Shown in pieces: positions 37,881-60,243 of a stretch of 64,000 nt of DNA. The first letter of the stretch is position 1, and each line of letters starts with the position of its first letter. The translations under genes were made by a program, and so were the position numbers. The notes below the pieces were generated by a model. The model saw only the letters and a program-made list of their open reading frames with translations, searched no databases and was not told where the DNA came from. This DNA comes from Chrysomallon squamiferum. Lineage: Eukaryota > Animalia > Mollusca. The stretch is from positions 18,538,001-18,602,000 of the forward strand of contig CM022678.1 in NCBI GenBank assembly GCA_012295275.1, read 5' to 3'.

Positions 37881-38432
37881 AGGGTATTTCATGACAGTAT
37901 AATACAGTGAAGTATGATATTTTGTCGTATTGCACTGTGCGTGAGGTTTGATATGGTGTGGTAAAGTACTGCATGACATTGCACAAGGCAGCTTTTTCTC
38001 TTCCTTTCTCTCTGCCTTTCTTGACGTTTCTTCTCTTGCCTTTTTTTTTGTGTCTATCTCTTTGTCGATCTCCTCACCTCTGAAAAAGTCAAAGTAACCC
38101 GTCTTTTATTTTCAGTAGTTTTATATTCAGTAGTTTTATGTAGCTGTCTTTCAGCTGAGCTGTCAGCTTTATAATTACATGGAGCTATTTAAACCGGGAG
38201 AACGAATTAACCTGAAACGTATGTGAGAGTATCTGCAAGCGAAGACGTACTGGTTGGTGAGACAAATTACTTTATTTTATATATATTTTTTTTTTTCTTC
38301 AAAACAATCAATAATGCTCACGATCCATCTGAAGCAATAGTTCATGCAACAAAAACAGTCCAAGATATTTATATATATATATATTTAAGATGTTTCATAA
38401 TATATATCTCTCTCTGTCTGTCTGTCTGTCTG

Positions 38433-38523
<91 letters not shown>

Positions 38524-38642
38524 GTCTCTAAATGTAATGTTACTAATCTGTTTTCGCACACTGATGTAGCAAATTAAGCACGCGTTAAAGTTTTAAATAT
38601 GATTTAATTTCTGAGTATTTCGCCACACGCCGGGAAGACATT

Positions 38643-40013
38643 ATGACGCTAAACAAAGCGAGTTCGGGGCTGGACGACGACAACTCCATTTACTGCGGGA
38701 TCGGCTCGTTCCGTCCGAAACGGATGCAGACGTTCGCGAAGATGAAATGGTTCGTCACCTTCTACAGCGTCACGAGCCTTGTCATGACGTCGCTGATTGC
38801 TTACGTCATGTCGCAGATCACCACGCTCGAAAAGCAGTTCGGGTTCAGCAGCACGGTGAGCGGGCTGCTGATTAGCTGCAACGACCTCGGCTTCATGCTG
38901 ACCATGCTGTTCGTTACCCACGTGACCAGACGCGTCCACATCCCGAGGGTTCTGGGAGTGTGCGCGCTGTGTTTCGGCTTGTCTGGCTTGTTTTCAGCGC
39001 TGCCTTTCTTCATCACCGACAACCGTCTTCCTACTGTCAGCAACGCGTCCACGTCGGCGGCGATGGCTTTTCACAAACACGATCTGTGCGCAGCCGCCAA
39101 CAGCTCCGTCTACGACAAATGCGGCGGCGGCGGCGACAAGGGGAGTAACTCCGTTGCGGGAATCACGAAAAACGTTCAAAACGTCGCTGCGGCCGTTATA
39201 GGGATAAGTATGCTGCTGCAAGGAGCGTGCAAGTCCAACAGGTACCCGTATTTCTCCACCTACGTCGACGACAACGTCGAAAAGTCGAAGACGCCGGTGT
39301 ACATAGGTTAGATATAAATTGAGCAAAAAAATAAAATAAAATTAAAAAATAAAAAAAAATTATATTTATTAACAAATATATAATAAGTTTAACGACTGAA
39401 AAATAGAAATAATATTTAAAAACTGTTACGTAATTATAAGACAATAGTTCTTCTAGTCGAGACACACACACACACACACACACGACATTTACTTATAAAG
39501 ATGCACGTAAATGCACATATTCATGTAAAATAATAACGCAAAACTAATTTTCAGAGGAAAATCTCTTTTTGTGTCTCTTTTTTTTTTTTTTTTTTTTGAC
39601 CAAAGTAATTTTCTGGTTTCTGCTCACAGGAATAACGGTGGGGATTTCGGCCCTGGGTCCCGCCGTGGCGTTTATTTTGGGTGGAGTTTCTAACACGATG
39701 TACGTCACGTTGGAGGGTGAGTGTTCAGTGAAATACATTTCTATTTTCTCAAGGAAATATTTAGAACGTGAAAAATTAAATTATGTCGTTGTCGTGTGTT
39801 TGTGATGTCTGCGAGAGTGACTATTAAATATTCAGAAATTGTTATTAATTAAAAGAGGAAAAAATGTTATATTGTTTGTCTTAACAGCCTGCTGATCTGT
39901 GAAATTCATTCCAGCAGTTGTATTTTAATACTCACAGTTAATGTATTAATGAATTTCTTGATATTTTATTTCGTTTCTTCTTCGTCTTGCAATTATTATT
40001 GTTGTTGTTGTTG

Positions 40014-40066
<53 letters not shown>

Positions 40067-41368
40067 ATAAATGAATGAATGAATGAATGAATAAATAATA
40101 AAGTAAAAATTAAACATGATTCAGAATCTAAAAAACATGTATGTATGTATGTATCGTATGTATGCATATATGGATATCTGAATATAAGCAAACAGTAGTC
40201 TTACGTATATGCATGTATGCATGTGTGCTTGTATGCATAAACGAACATTGTGATGTAAGAAAGTGCATGACATAACTCTTTACAAATCGAAACTGCTTAG
40301 AAGTGATTGATTCATTATTAATTCATGTGTTTACAAATGCATGCACTTTACTTCTCAGTGCATAAAAGCATTAGAATGTTTAGAGGTCTGTTATATATTT
40401 AGCCGTTCAAGCACATGATCCTAGCATGCATGTTTTTTTTAATTTTTTTTTATTTTCTTACGTAAGAGGGACGGTTAGTGTATGGATGTCTGTGTATACT
40501 GGTGTTCAGACGAAACGCATTGGAAAAGAACAATGTTGAAATAAATAAGTGCTGACTGTTACCTGAATTTTGAAAACTACACGATCCATGTGTCATTAGC
40601 CGACAAATTAAATATATATATGTGTGTGTGTGTGTTTGTTTATATGATATTTAAGTTATTATTATTATTATTATTTAGTAGTAGTAGTAGTAGTAGTATT
40701 AGCGACAGTTCTGTCTGATTTTTCCTTTTTCACTTCTAAATGTAAAGAATTTCATGAACCAAGCATCAACAATTTCATTGACAGATGGGAAAACGTCACA
40801 GAGAAAAGTGGTTCCTATTTTAACGACTAAACAAATAAGCTTTTATTTTACTGTGTTCCTAGGCCTGAAGAAAAACCGGACAGAACATTCGTTACAACCT
40901 TATATTCTTCTTCTTCTTCTTCTTCTTCTTCTTATTATTATTATTATTATTATTTCCTTTTAATTTTTATTTATTTATTATTTTCAATTTGTATTTTAAG
41001 ATGTAGACATGACACCACGTGATCCTAACTGGATCGGAGCCTGGTGGTTAGGGTTTCTCGTGTTTGGGACGCTTGGACTTTTTGTTGGTTTGCCTCTGTT
41101 GTTTTTCCCTAGTCGAATGAGACAAAAGAACAAACAACTCATCGAGGAAGAACGAGAGATACCTAAAACAGCTTTAAAGGATGTTAAAAGTATATATATA
41201 TATATATCTATATATATTAAAGATAAAAATAAAAATAAAATAAAATTCACAAATAAATAAAATAAAAATAAACAAACAAATAAACAAAAAAAAATGTTTA
41301 CATTTGCTGATGAGACAGATACTGAGAAAACATGTTATCTAGATTATCAGAAAAAGATATAGATAGAT

Positions 41369-41467
<99 letters not shown>

Positions 41468-41808
41468 CACGAATAAATACATAAAAAGGACATCCATCTT
41501 GATTTTCGCTTTTTATCCAATAATCTTTCTTTCTTCTGTCCATTTGTCAGTTTGTCTAGTCATGATTGATTCATTCGTCAATACACTTACTCAAACATAT
41601 ACACACACGCTTTAATACAGAAACACTGAAACATACTGAAACATACTGAAACATACACATACAGGCAGACGATACATTATTTGTTTTCCCATTATTTATT
41701 TATTCTTTTATTCCTTTGTGGGTTGTTTTTTTGTGGTTTTTTTTTCTAATCTTTTTAAACTTTACCTATTTGTTTCTTTGCTTTTTTTTTTCTTTGTTTC
41801 TTCTTCTT

Positions 41809-41839
<31 letters not shown>

Positions 41840-41852
41840 TTCTTCTTCTTAC

Positions 41853-41888
<36 letters not shown>

Positions 41889-42208
41889 GGTTATTTATTA
41901 TTATTATTTTATTTAGTAGAGTATTTTTGGCTATTTATTTGTGAGTTTGTTTGTTTGTTTATTAATTTATTTCAGAGCTGGGAAAGGATCTTTTCAAACT
42001 GCTCACTAATCCTGTTTTCATGTGTTTGTCTCTGGCGAGTTGTAGTAGCTGTTTCGCGCTAGGAGGGATGATATCGTTTCTACCCAAATATCTGGAAATT
42101 CAGTTCTTTGCCCCTTCGTGGAAAGCAAACATGATGCTGGGTAAGGTCCAGAATAAAGATGAAAAAAAAAAATAAACAAACAAATAAACAAATAAATAAA
42201 TAAATAAG

Positions 42209-42264
<56 letters not shown>

Positions 42265-43076
42265 AATAATAATAGTAATAATAATAATAATATTTTTAAA
42301 GATTTGCACAACAGAATTGTTGGTAATCTGCAAGATTAGTTGGAAGGGGTGATCCAATCAGTCATCCATCAATACTTCCATCCATCCATCCATCAGTACT
42401 TCTATCCATTCGTCCGTCCTTGCATCCCTTCATTACTTTGTCGTTATGATTTCCTTTCAGGAGGAATCTGCATCGTGATAGCCTGCCTGGGCACAATACT
42501 GGGCGGCAGTCTGACGTCACGCTACAAGCTCACAGCCATGCAGTGTCTCATAGGCTGCATCATCTCAAACGTAGTCGCCGTTACCCTGGCGACCGGTGGC
42601 TTCTTCATAGGCTGTCCCCATCCGCAGGTTAACATGGGGACGATAACTGCTGAGTAAGTGGATCGCGAGATGTCGACATCATTCATTTTAACGCGTTATG
42701 TTTCTGTACGTATAATCCCATGTGTATGACGTAACACGGCTTACCACAGTACGTACGTACGTAACATAACACGACGTAAAGCTGTACGCACGTAACAACA
42801 CGACGTAAAGCGGTACGTACGTAACGTAACACAACGTAAAGCGGTACGTACGTAATATAACACAACGTAAAGCGGTACGTACGTAACATAACACAACGTA
42901 AAGCGGTACGTACGTAACGTAACACAACGTAAAGCGGTACGTACGTAACGTAACACAACGTAAAGCGGTACGTACGTAACATAACACAACGTAAAGCGGT
43001 ACGTACGTAATTAACACCGCGTAGGGTTTTACGTATGTAACATAATATCGCGTAAATCGTTTTATATAAAAGAATA

Positions 43077-43125
<49 letters not shown>

Positions 43126-43270
43126 TATAGATACATACATACATACATACATACATATAAAAATACATACATAAACACACATAAATATGCTCACATAAAA
43201 AGACAAAAGAACGGCGTGCTTCGGTGGAAGCGATGATTACCGTCGGTTATTGAGCAACCTTTATCACATG

Positions 43271-43302
<32 letters not shown>

Positions 43303-44296
43303 CAAACACACAGACACACACACACACACACACACACATATATCATTCATTTATTTATTGTTTGTTTGTTTGCTTACAGTAATGAGACACGAATTTGTTG
43401 TGACTGTCAAACTAAAGACTATTTTCCTGTGTGTGGAGATGATGGTGTTGATTATTTCTCTCCTTGTCATGCTGGGTGTACGTCTGTCAGCAAGTCTGTG
43501 AGTTTTATTATTAGTAGTAGTATTACTATTACTACTACTACTATTACTAGTTAGTATTATTATTTATATTATTACTACTATTACTACTACTACTATTATT
43601 ATTATTATTATTATTATTATTAGTAGTAGTAGTAGTAGTAGTAGTAGTAATATTTCTGGTGTTAGTATTAGTAGTAAGAAGCAACAGTAATAAAATAGTT
43701 GTAATTCTACTTGTATAGTTAAAGTAATATTAGTGGTAAAAGCAGTAGGAGTACTTGTAGAAATAACAGAGCTGCCTTTGTTGTTGAAGTTGTATGAGCA
43801 GTTGCTGCTGTTGTAGTAATAGTAGTAGTTATTTTTGTTGTTGATGTTGTGATTGTTGTGGTTGTAATAGCTGTTGTAGTTGTATTTATTTATTAATTCT
43901 GTTAATTACTAATTAGATACTGAACCATTCAATAATTCATTCATTCATTCATTCATTAGTTCGAGGGTTTCACGAACTGCTCGTGCGTGGACGGACCCCT
44001 GGGGACAACCACGCCCGGACTGTGTGAGACGGACTGCAAGATGCTGTACGTGTACCTGGGGATGATCATCACGACGTTGTTTGCTGTCACTCTCTCCAAC
44101 ATGCCGTCTTTCATTTCAGCTATCAGGTACTTATCACTGTTGAACGGTTGTTTGTTTATTCATGTCTAGTTCCCATGTCAGTCTTTCTTTGATTTCAGTC
44201 GTTCGTTCTGTGAACGTATTATTTATTTATTTATTTGTTTGTTTGTTTCAGTTATTAAGGATTAATCATATATTTTATTATGTATGGCTTCTGCTG

Positions 44297-44337
<41 letters not shown>

Positions 44338-44979
44338 ATCCAAACTAACAAGGTAAGAAAGTAAATAAGTAACTAAACAAATAAATAAGTAAAACAAATA
44401 AAGTCACTTGTAATTAGATCGCACACGCACACACGCACACACACATACACGAATAAAACCATAAATTGTTATGTTCTATTTCACAGATCCATTCCTGAAT
44501 CAGAGAAACCTCTAGCCCTAGGCGTTATTGGCTTCTTAAACAACCTCCTAGGTAAATATCTACTTAGTTCTCTTGCTACATTTTAGCAGTTTAAAACAGT
44601 ATGAAACATAATCTGTGAGGATGATAACAGTAATGATACACGTTTTTTTTTTTTTTTTCTAGGATGGTTTCCGGGGCCAGTAGCATTCGGTCGCCTGGTA
44701 GATACAACTTGTACTCAGTGGGCGACAACGTGCACGGGGACGGGCAACTGTTTGCTGTTCGACATGACGCTGTTTCGCAGTCGCTACCATCTCCTGCATC
44801 TGGGCGCTCGAGCACTGTGTGCTCTCTTTTACGTCCTCGCGTTCGTCGTAGCGAAGAACAAGCAGACGGCGTTTTACGAAGAAAGCCTGGAGATCGTGGT
44901 GCCAGAAGAGGAAATTCTGATGAATGAGAAGGAAAAACCTTCCGTGTCTGACAATAGTTCTACGCAGAATGAAAACTGA
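38643..44979 (+). CDS. Organic anion transporting polypeptide (OATP/SLCO family)
   Basis: Exons 38643-39306, 39630-39716, 41001-41189, 41976-42140, 42461-42653, 43380-43497, 43960-44126, 44487-44551, 44663-44979. CGIGSFRP, TTLEKQFGFSS, OATP signature DPNWIGAWWLGFL, Kazal-like CDC...YFPVCGDDGVDYFSPCHAGC, PGPVAFGRLVDTTC..W...C...GNCLLFD. Confidence 0.95.
42748..43010. repeat. 31-bp CpG-rich minisatellite, about 8 copies, intronic
   Basis: Unit GCGGTACGTACGTAAC(A/G)TAACACAACGTAAA, head-to-tail with no spacers. Confidence 0.9.
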
Positions 44980-45420
44980 AAACTTACGTAGAAAATATAT
45001 AATACAATTTTTTTACTCGGATATTACGAACGCGCCCAGCACATATTAATTGTGGTTGATATTTTGTTTGTTTATTTTTCATATTGATCTTGTGTGTTTA
45101 CTATGTAAACCAAAAAAAAAAAAAAAATATATATTATAATCATTATAATAATGATAATGATATAATGACGATAATTACAACAACAACAACAACAACAACG
45201 TGATGCCAGAAGATAAATTCTGATGAAACAGAAAGAAAAACGTATCTCTGAGATTACTGCTGGGATGTTACTAACGTACACAGCACACATAATTGTAGTT
45301 AATATTTTGTTTAAGTATTTTTCATATTGAATTTGTATGTTTACTATGTAAACAACCAGAAACTGATGATGCTCGTCATAATGATGATGATATAATGAAG
45401 ATAATAATAATAATACAACA
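44895..45420 (+). repeat. Diverged tandem duplication of the OATP C-terminal coding end and proximal 3' UTR
   Basis: CGTGGTGCCAGAAGAGGAAATTCTGATGAA (44895) vs CGTGATGCCAGAAGATAAATTCTGATGAA (45199); TATTTTTCATATTGA...TTTACTATGTAAAC is present in both copies. Confidence 0.8.
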
Positions 45421-45814
45421 CATACTTGTAGCTAATGTTTTGTTGGCGGCCAATCTGTGTTAATAAACTATGATTCTTGGGAGATTGCCTAAAGTGAGGC
45501 ACATCATTTTTCACAGAAAATAAATCGCACAAAGTAAGATAGAGCAATAAGTTTTTGTAATAATCCTTTATATTTCACTAAAACTGGTTTTATGTAAAAT
45601 TGTATGAAACTTACCCAGGAACTCAATAACAATATCGGGGAAATCTAATAAAAATTTCAAATGTTCACCAGTAGTCTTGTTCTGACTGACTTACAAGTGA
45701 AAGGTTAAAAAAAAAAAACTGTTTTGTTTTTCATACTTGTTACAACTGTGATCCATTCTCGATAGATGGGGAAAGTTTCAACCATATCAACCACTGAGCG
45801 ATATTTATAACAAT

Positions 45815-45865
<51 letters not shown>

Positions 45866-46335
45866 AGTAAATTCGCTATTATTTTTTATTTTTTTTTAAA
45901 GAAATGGTTAGCTATCGTTAATTTTATTGCCATGACTGTGGTATTTAGATAATAACCTGAATAAAATCTGCTGTAATTAATTGTAATGATAAAACTGCGA
46001 AATACTCTTTACTTTAGTATGCTACAAAGTGTAATGAAATTACTATGGTTTCCAGGACACTGAAGTTACCTAGGTGACTCGAATGCAGCAGAATTAAGTG
46101 AATAGCAGTTAAGATACATGCATTAAAATGTATTAATTTATTATTATTATCATCATTATCATCATCATCATCATGATCATCATCATTATTATTATATGGT
46201 TTTATATTATCATTTACTTATATAACACGATAATTGTTGTCTATAGTTTTATAATAACAGAAGCAAACAAGACTAAAAAAAACAAATAAATAACGCATGA
46301 CTATTGTTTATTACTATTAATAAAACCCTGACTAA

Positions 46336-48381
46336 TCATTGTTTATGAGAAGGCCAGTTAGGATGCCCGCCCGAGGAATAGACCCCCCGGAAGTAGTGAA
46401 TACACGGTTTTGCCAGTGGAATTCCGTTGCTAGGGAACCCGTCGATGACTCTGAACATGGCGGCTTCCGATCCTTCATGCCAAGAACGACAACTCCGAGG
46501 AAAGAATGATATCTGACACGGTTCCGCCTGCATTAATAACATTAATAATAACATCAACAACAGCAGCATAAGCAACAACAACAACAACAACAACAAGACT
46601 AATAAGAATAACAATAATAATAATCACAACAAGAACAGCAAGAGCAAGTAATTCATTAATATACAAATGTAAAAACAAATCGGAGAAAAAAAAAATATAA
46701 ATAAATATAAATAAAATTAAGCATTAATAAAATAAAAATATAAATTAAAATTAATTAGATAAAATTAAATTAAATTAAAATTAATTAGAACAAATTAAAT
46801 TTAAATTAAAATTAATTAGAATAAATTAAATTTAAATTAAAATTAATTAGTATAAATTGAATTAAATACCTTATTGGTGTAGAAGGTTGTGAAGATCGGT
46901 TTGTTAGATGAGACTGCGTGAGTATAACCTGCTTCAATCATTCGATCAGAGATCGCTGGAAACCTGGAGTAGGCAACCTAAACACAATACACACTATTAC
47001 TATTTACACTGTTACTATTTACATTATTACACTATTATTATTTACACTATTACTATTTACACTATTACATTATTACTATTTACACTGTTACTATTTACAC
47101 TATTACTATTTACACTATTACATTATTTCTATTTACACTATTACTATTTACACTACTACTATTTACACTGTTACTATTTACACTGTTACTATTTACACTA
47201 TTACTATTTACACTATTACATTATTACTATTTACACTATTACTATTTACACTATTACATTATTACTATTTACATTATCACAATTTACACTATTACTATTT
47301 ACACTATTACATTATTACTATTTACATTATCACAATGTACATTATTACTATTTATATTATTACTATTTACACTGTTACTATTTACATTATAACAATTTAC
47401 ATTATTACCATTTAAATTATTACTATTTACACTATTACTATTTACATTATTACTATTTACACTGTTACTATATACATTATAATAATTTTTTGCTATTACT
47501 TCTGTTCTGTAATGACCACAATTTATATTATTCACACCTGTGTCATAACTATTATTTTGTATTAATTAATAGTTCTATTAGGACTATTAATGTGTTTTTT
47601 TTATACTTATTCGGTTATGTTTTCCATATTCCATTATTACTAAATGTTTTATGAATACCGCTTCTTTTGTTATTACTTCTGTTATTCCTTCATATAACCA
47701 TTTATAAAAAAGTAATGATTTTATGTGTGAAATGTATGTCGTTCAGCCTTTGTTGCTGTTGTTGTTACTGTAGTAGTAGTGGTAGTGGTGGTAGTAGTAG
47801 TAGTAGTAGTAGTAACAGTAGCAGTGTAGTGGTAATAGTATGTAGCAGTAACAGTATTGGTGATATTATTATTAGTAGTAGTAGTAGTAATAGTAATAAC
47901 AGTAGTACTATTATAATGATGTTAATAGCAGAAGTACTTTTAGGAGTAGCAGTAGTCGTAGTAGTGGAGGTAGTTGTAGTAGATAGGAAAAAAACAACTA
48001 AAGGTATAATTTAACCTGAATATCAGTGCTGTTGAAAATATCGATCATGTGACGCGTTGCATCTTGGGATTTACCTCGCCAGATGAAGTTATTCATGCCG
48101 TCGCTGCGACGTCCCCAGTGCCAGCCTATAGAGAAATGAGTCTGCAGCCATCCACGTTGTTGTCTCCTGGCGTTCACGACGATGTCGTTAAGCCTGTCAA
48201 GGTACGTAACTCTTGACGACAAGTCGCCATTTTTTATTTGCGAGTATGCTTCATTGTTGACTGCGACGCCGTCGAATCTTTCTTCTGCGCAAGCTGTAAA
48301 TAAATAAACAATAACAACAATAACAGTGAAAGCAGTAGCAGCAGCAACAACAACAGCAATAACAATAACAATAACAATAAC

Positions 48382-48428
<47 letters not shown>

Positions 48429-48928
48429 GTGACACAAGAAAGATTTGGTCAGTACTCACTGGTGCAGTGGTCATTGTACCAGACGACCTCCTTGACCAGT
48501 TCCGCTTCGGACACAGCCAAATCGCTGACCGCAAACAGGGCGTATATCTTCAGGTCTTCCACCTTCAGATGACCCTCGCTCAAGGCCGTTTTAACCAAGA
48601 GGACGTTGCTATCAGAACAGCGTCTCGCGCGGAACGCTTCCTTCAGCTTTTTGTGAACGTCCGAGAGAAAAATTCTCGAGATTTCTCTTCCCGCCGAATT
48701 GCACGTGTCCCAGAGCCACTGTCGTCTGCTGGGCGTGTCCCACGTGTGAGTGTAACACTCCGCGTCCGAGTTCTTCTGCCAGCGTAGGAATTTAGTGACG
48801 TCACATCCGGGTACTGTGTGATCGAAGCCTTTCGTCCAGACGTACATGGAGTAACCAGCGCGTTGTGTTCCTGAGTGGACACTAACCGCGGTCGTTATTC
48901 CGATAAGAAGCGAGACATACAGAGACAT
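46336..48928 (-). CDS. Uncharacterised secreted protein, predicted TIM-barrel glycoside-hydrolase-like (GH18-like fold)
   Basis: Exons 48928-48460, 48293-48016, 46977-46870, 46526-46336; phases fit and the frame is open throughout. Signal peptide MSLYVSLLIGITTAVSVHS. Strand-like motifs YSMYVW, RIFLSD, KIYALFA, YN...ERFDGVAVNNEAY, FSIGWHW, DIQVAY, KPIFTTFYT, ISFF, IHYF. Gene model is strong; function is inferred. Confidence 0.8.
46990..47480. repeat. 15-bp minisatellite (TATTACTATTTACAC) with interspersed 8-bp TATTACAT units
   Basis: Direct reading; it abuts the 3' splice site of exon 3 of the GH-like gene and generates the spurious LHYYY/YTITI ORFs. Confidence 0.9.
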
Positions 48929-49384
48929 GTTTGTCGTCGTATCTCTAAAAGCAAAAACAAGCAGGTGAAAGATTTGTGTAGATTATAATCACTGAGAGGT
49001 CACGTGAACAGTGACAGGTGTTGTTTCAGTGAGAATTACCAAACAGCGTGAAGTCTAAGTTAATTACAGGAAAAAAAAAAAAAAAAGAAGTATTGTCCTT
49101 CCCCAAGGTCGTTCTTTAATCAGTCAGGCTATGAACAAGCAAATATTTGTTTCTCAGTACCTTCGTTATATGGTAATGCAGTATAAGGTAATGTAACATA
49201 ACGTAACATGAAATTATATAATGTAATGTAATACAATGTAAAACATCCACTTCGTCTACTTCCACAGATATTATTACTATTACTACTATTACTACTAATA
49301 ATGATACTACTGTTACTACTACTACTATTACTACTGGTGATACCACTACTATTACTAGTACTGCTACTACTATTACTATTACTA

Positions 49385-49570
49385 TTATTATTACTAATAA
49401 TGCTGCAACTATTACTACTACTAGTAATATTACTATTACAACTATTATTACTACTACTAATGGTGCAACTATTACTACTACTAGTAATATTACTATTACA
49501 ACTATTGTTATGACTACTAATGGTGCAACTATTACTACTACTAGTAATATTACTATTACAACTATTACTG
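49385..49570. repeat. 60-bp higher-order repeat built from (ACT/ATT)n, 3 copies
   Basis: TAATG(C/G)TGCAACTATTACTACTACTAGTAATATTACTATTACAACTATT recurs at 60-bp spacing. Confidence 0.85.
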
Positions 49571-50352
49571 TTACTACTACTTCTGCTCGTCGCTCGTCCA
49601 TAGCCCACATCATAAAAAAAAAAATAATAATAATAAAATAAAAAATAAAAAAATCAACCTCGAATGAACAGTATAGCCCAGACTGAAACTGAAACTGAAA
49701 CTGAAACTGAAAAAAAAAAAAACACATTAACGTGCTAATCAGAGCAAGCTGTTGTGACAGGTCAGCGGGCGTGTCCGTCGCTGAAGTAGCCCAGACGACC
49801 TACCTCTCATTTATATATTAAATGGATGCTTTGTCGCCGCAACTGGTTTCCCAAGCTTGTAAAGACTGAGTCACCATAGAAAACGACTAAACCATTTAAA
49901 CTAATAATATGCGAACAGTCAACTACAAACGCTCGTTGTGTAGACTGATAGGCACTTTCGTGGGAATCGGATGTAAAAAGTGAGACATTCACTGAGTTGA
50001 GTTCATTTCGATATTAACTGAAGAAAAATCTCAAATAATAAATGTCTGTAAGAAACAAATCCAAGATGGCCGACGACGCTAATGGAAGATACAGAAAGTG
50101 ACATATCTCTGGAACTGTTTGACTAACTTCAATAATGTTAGACTCTGTTTAGGGTTTTCAAACATGCCTGATAATATGGAATATGGTTCAGGTCGACAGA
50201 TCCATGCAAGAAGGTCAAGGTAAAGGTGCACCCGGTCTTCACACAAATAATGAAAGTATTAAAATGTAAAACTTTATATTGCTGTTTCTGTATTAGTGAT
50301 ACTATGTACGCAGATATTTTTACCATTGTCCCTACTACTGCTGCTGCTTCTG

Positions 50353-50384
<32 letters not shown>

Positions 50385-50672
50385 GCTACCACTACCACCA
50401 CCACTACTACTATTACTACTACTACTACTACTACTACTACTACCACTCACTAGTGCTGCTCTTCTATAATGTTAAACTCGTAGCAACGAAGTTAAATTTT
50501 CTGAATAAAATATTTTTCCGGGTTCAGTGGTCTACCGATTCCTTCCGACAATACCCGAGTGGTCACGAATGACAGTAACATATACTTAACAGAGCGTGTC
50601 GAAATAGCCTCGATCAGAATAAAATAAAATAAAATAAAATAAAATAAATAAATAAATAAATAAATAAAAATA

Positions 50673-50707
<35 letters not shown>

Positions 50708-51349
50708 TGCTATCGAAGGTATTTTTATTAAATGGAAAGTGAAGTATTGTAAAAAGTAACAGTAGTAATAGGAGTTGTAAAAGTAGCTGATATTACAGTA
50801 GCAGTTGCCGAGAAAATCCCGCTGTACAACCACAAAGCAGACGTATTCAGACATATCTCGTTTTGTTGTTATTATTTAAATTATTTAAATTTTCAGCGCA
50901 CGTTGTTTTATCTGTCTGAAACGAATAAAACAGTGATTTACCAGTTTGAGTGCAGACCTCGCTTAAATCGTTCACCCTTTCGACCGCTTTTGCTTTCAAC
51001 TGCAGCGGAAACAAAAACAAGCAACCCATGTTGTCCAAAGGCGTTTTGCATACAGGATCAGTCCATTACTTGTTGTAGGATGGGGTGTCAGGCTTCACTC
51101 GTTTCAAAAATAATGTAAATTTTATGTTTATCGTCTGCTTTTTTTTTTTTTTTTTTTTTTTTTGTATTGCTGTTGTTACTGGATAATAAATAGGATGAAA
51201 AATATTTAGGATGGGCATTTTATGACACGCAATAAATATTATTATTATGTGAGCGTTTTTTTTTTTTTTTTTATTATTCTTCTTCTTATTATTATTATTT
51301 TACTTTAACCTAGTTATTTATAAACAAATAATAATAATAATGATGATAA

Positions 51350-51391
<42 letters not shown>

Positions 51392-51647
51392 AAGTAAGAA
51401 AACGCTTAAACAATGATAATAATCTATTTTTAAAATCATTTTACATTTTACTTTTTATATGGTAAGTTGGTTCGTATCATACAAGCAAACATGAACTTAA
51501 ATGAAAAAAAATAAATCTGTAATATAATATAATATTCTGTGATAAGATATGAGATGAGATGATATAATATGATAAGGTACAATACGGTACAATACGGTAT
51601 GTAATGATATGAGATGAAATGATATAGGTCCACAAAATAATAGCAAC

Positions 51648-51706
<59 letters not shown>

Positions 51707-51793
51707 TAAAACTAATAATAGAATTATAATACAACAACAACAAAAAGAATACTATGTATTACTGTTGACTTAATGATTCAATAAAGAAACTAA

Positions 51794-51824
<31 letters not shown>

Positions 51825-52188
51825 ATACAACGAGAAACAAGTACAAATTAAAGAAAATATAATCATTTAAAAAATATATAAATACATTTTTTTTTTTTTT
51901 TTTTCTTTTTACTCTTTTTTTTTCTCTCTCTCTTTTATTTTATTCTATTTTATTTTATTTTATTTATTCCTATTTTTTTTTTTTTTTTTTTTTTTTTTAT
52001 AAAATCTTTTCCGTGTAGACTGTTTTCACTTTATGTTTTCCGCTTGTGTAGTACAGGAAATGAAAACAAGATGGTGAGACAGTCTACGGCAATTCGCAAG
52101 CGACGGTCGACTCGGCTGTTGAAGATTAATGTAGCAGCTGACACTTCTGTAAACGTCGGCGGCTTGTGCATCGCAGTACTGCAACAAC

Positions 52189-59808
<7,620 letters not shown>

Positions 59809-60131
59809 TCATGTGTTTTACTGTGTTTTACTGTCATATAGAGATTTCACGTGACTATAACTCTCAGCTTCATTTGTATTGCCTGAATTTTATCATTAGT
59901 TATATTCGCTTCTGATTACTACATTTTTAAACAAGTACAACATGTCGAATTCATCTACTCGTCCGGATATCAATTCATCCATACGAATGTACGTACGTAA
60001 GCAGATAATATTAGCTTCATTATACACATGCTAATTAGCTTTATGTATATATACATACTTATAATTATAGTCTTAATTCTTCCAAATTATTTGTTCATTT
60101 ATTATTATTTTTTATATATATATATATATAT

Positions 60132-60243
<112 letters not shown>

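Noticed and set aside
42683-43206. 31-bp repeat array resembling CRISPR, with repetitive ORFs on the - strand
   Set aside because: Units are contiguous with no unique spacers, there are no cas genes, and the context is a eukaryotic intron.
46908-47654. 248-aa His/Tyr-rich ORF resembling a structural or adhesive protein
   Set aside because: It is a product of the 15-bp minisatellite, antisense within an intron of the GH-like gene, with no signal peptide.
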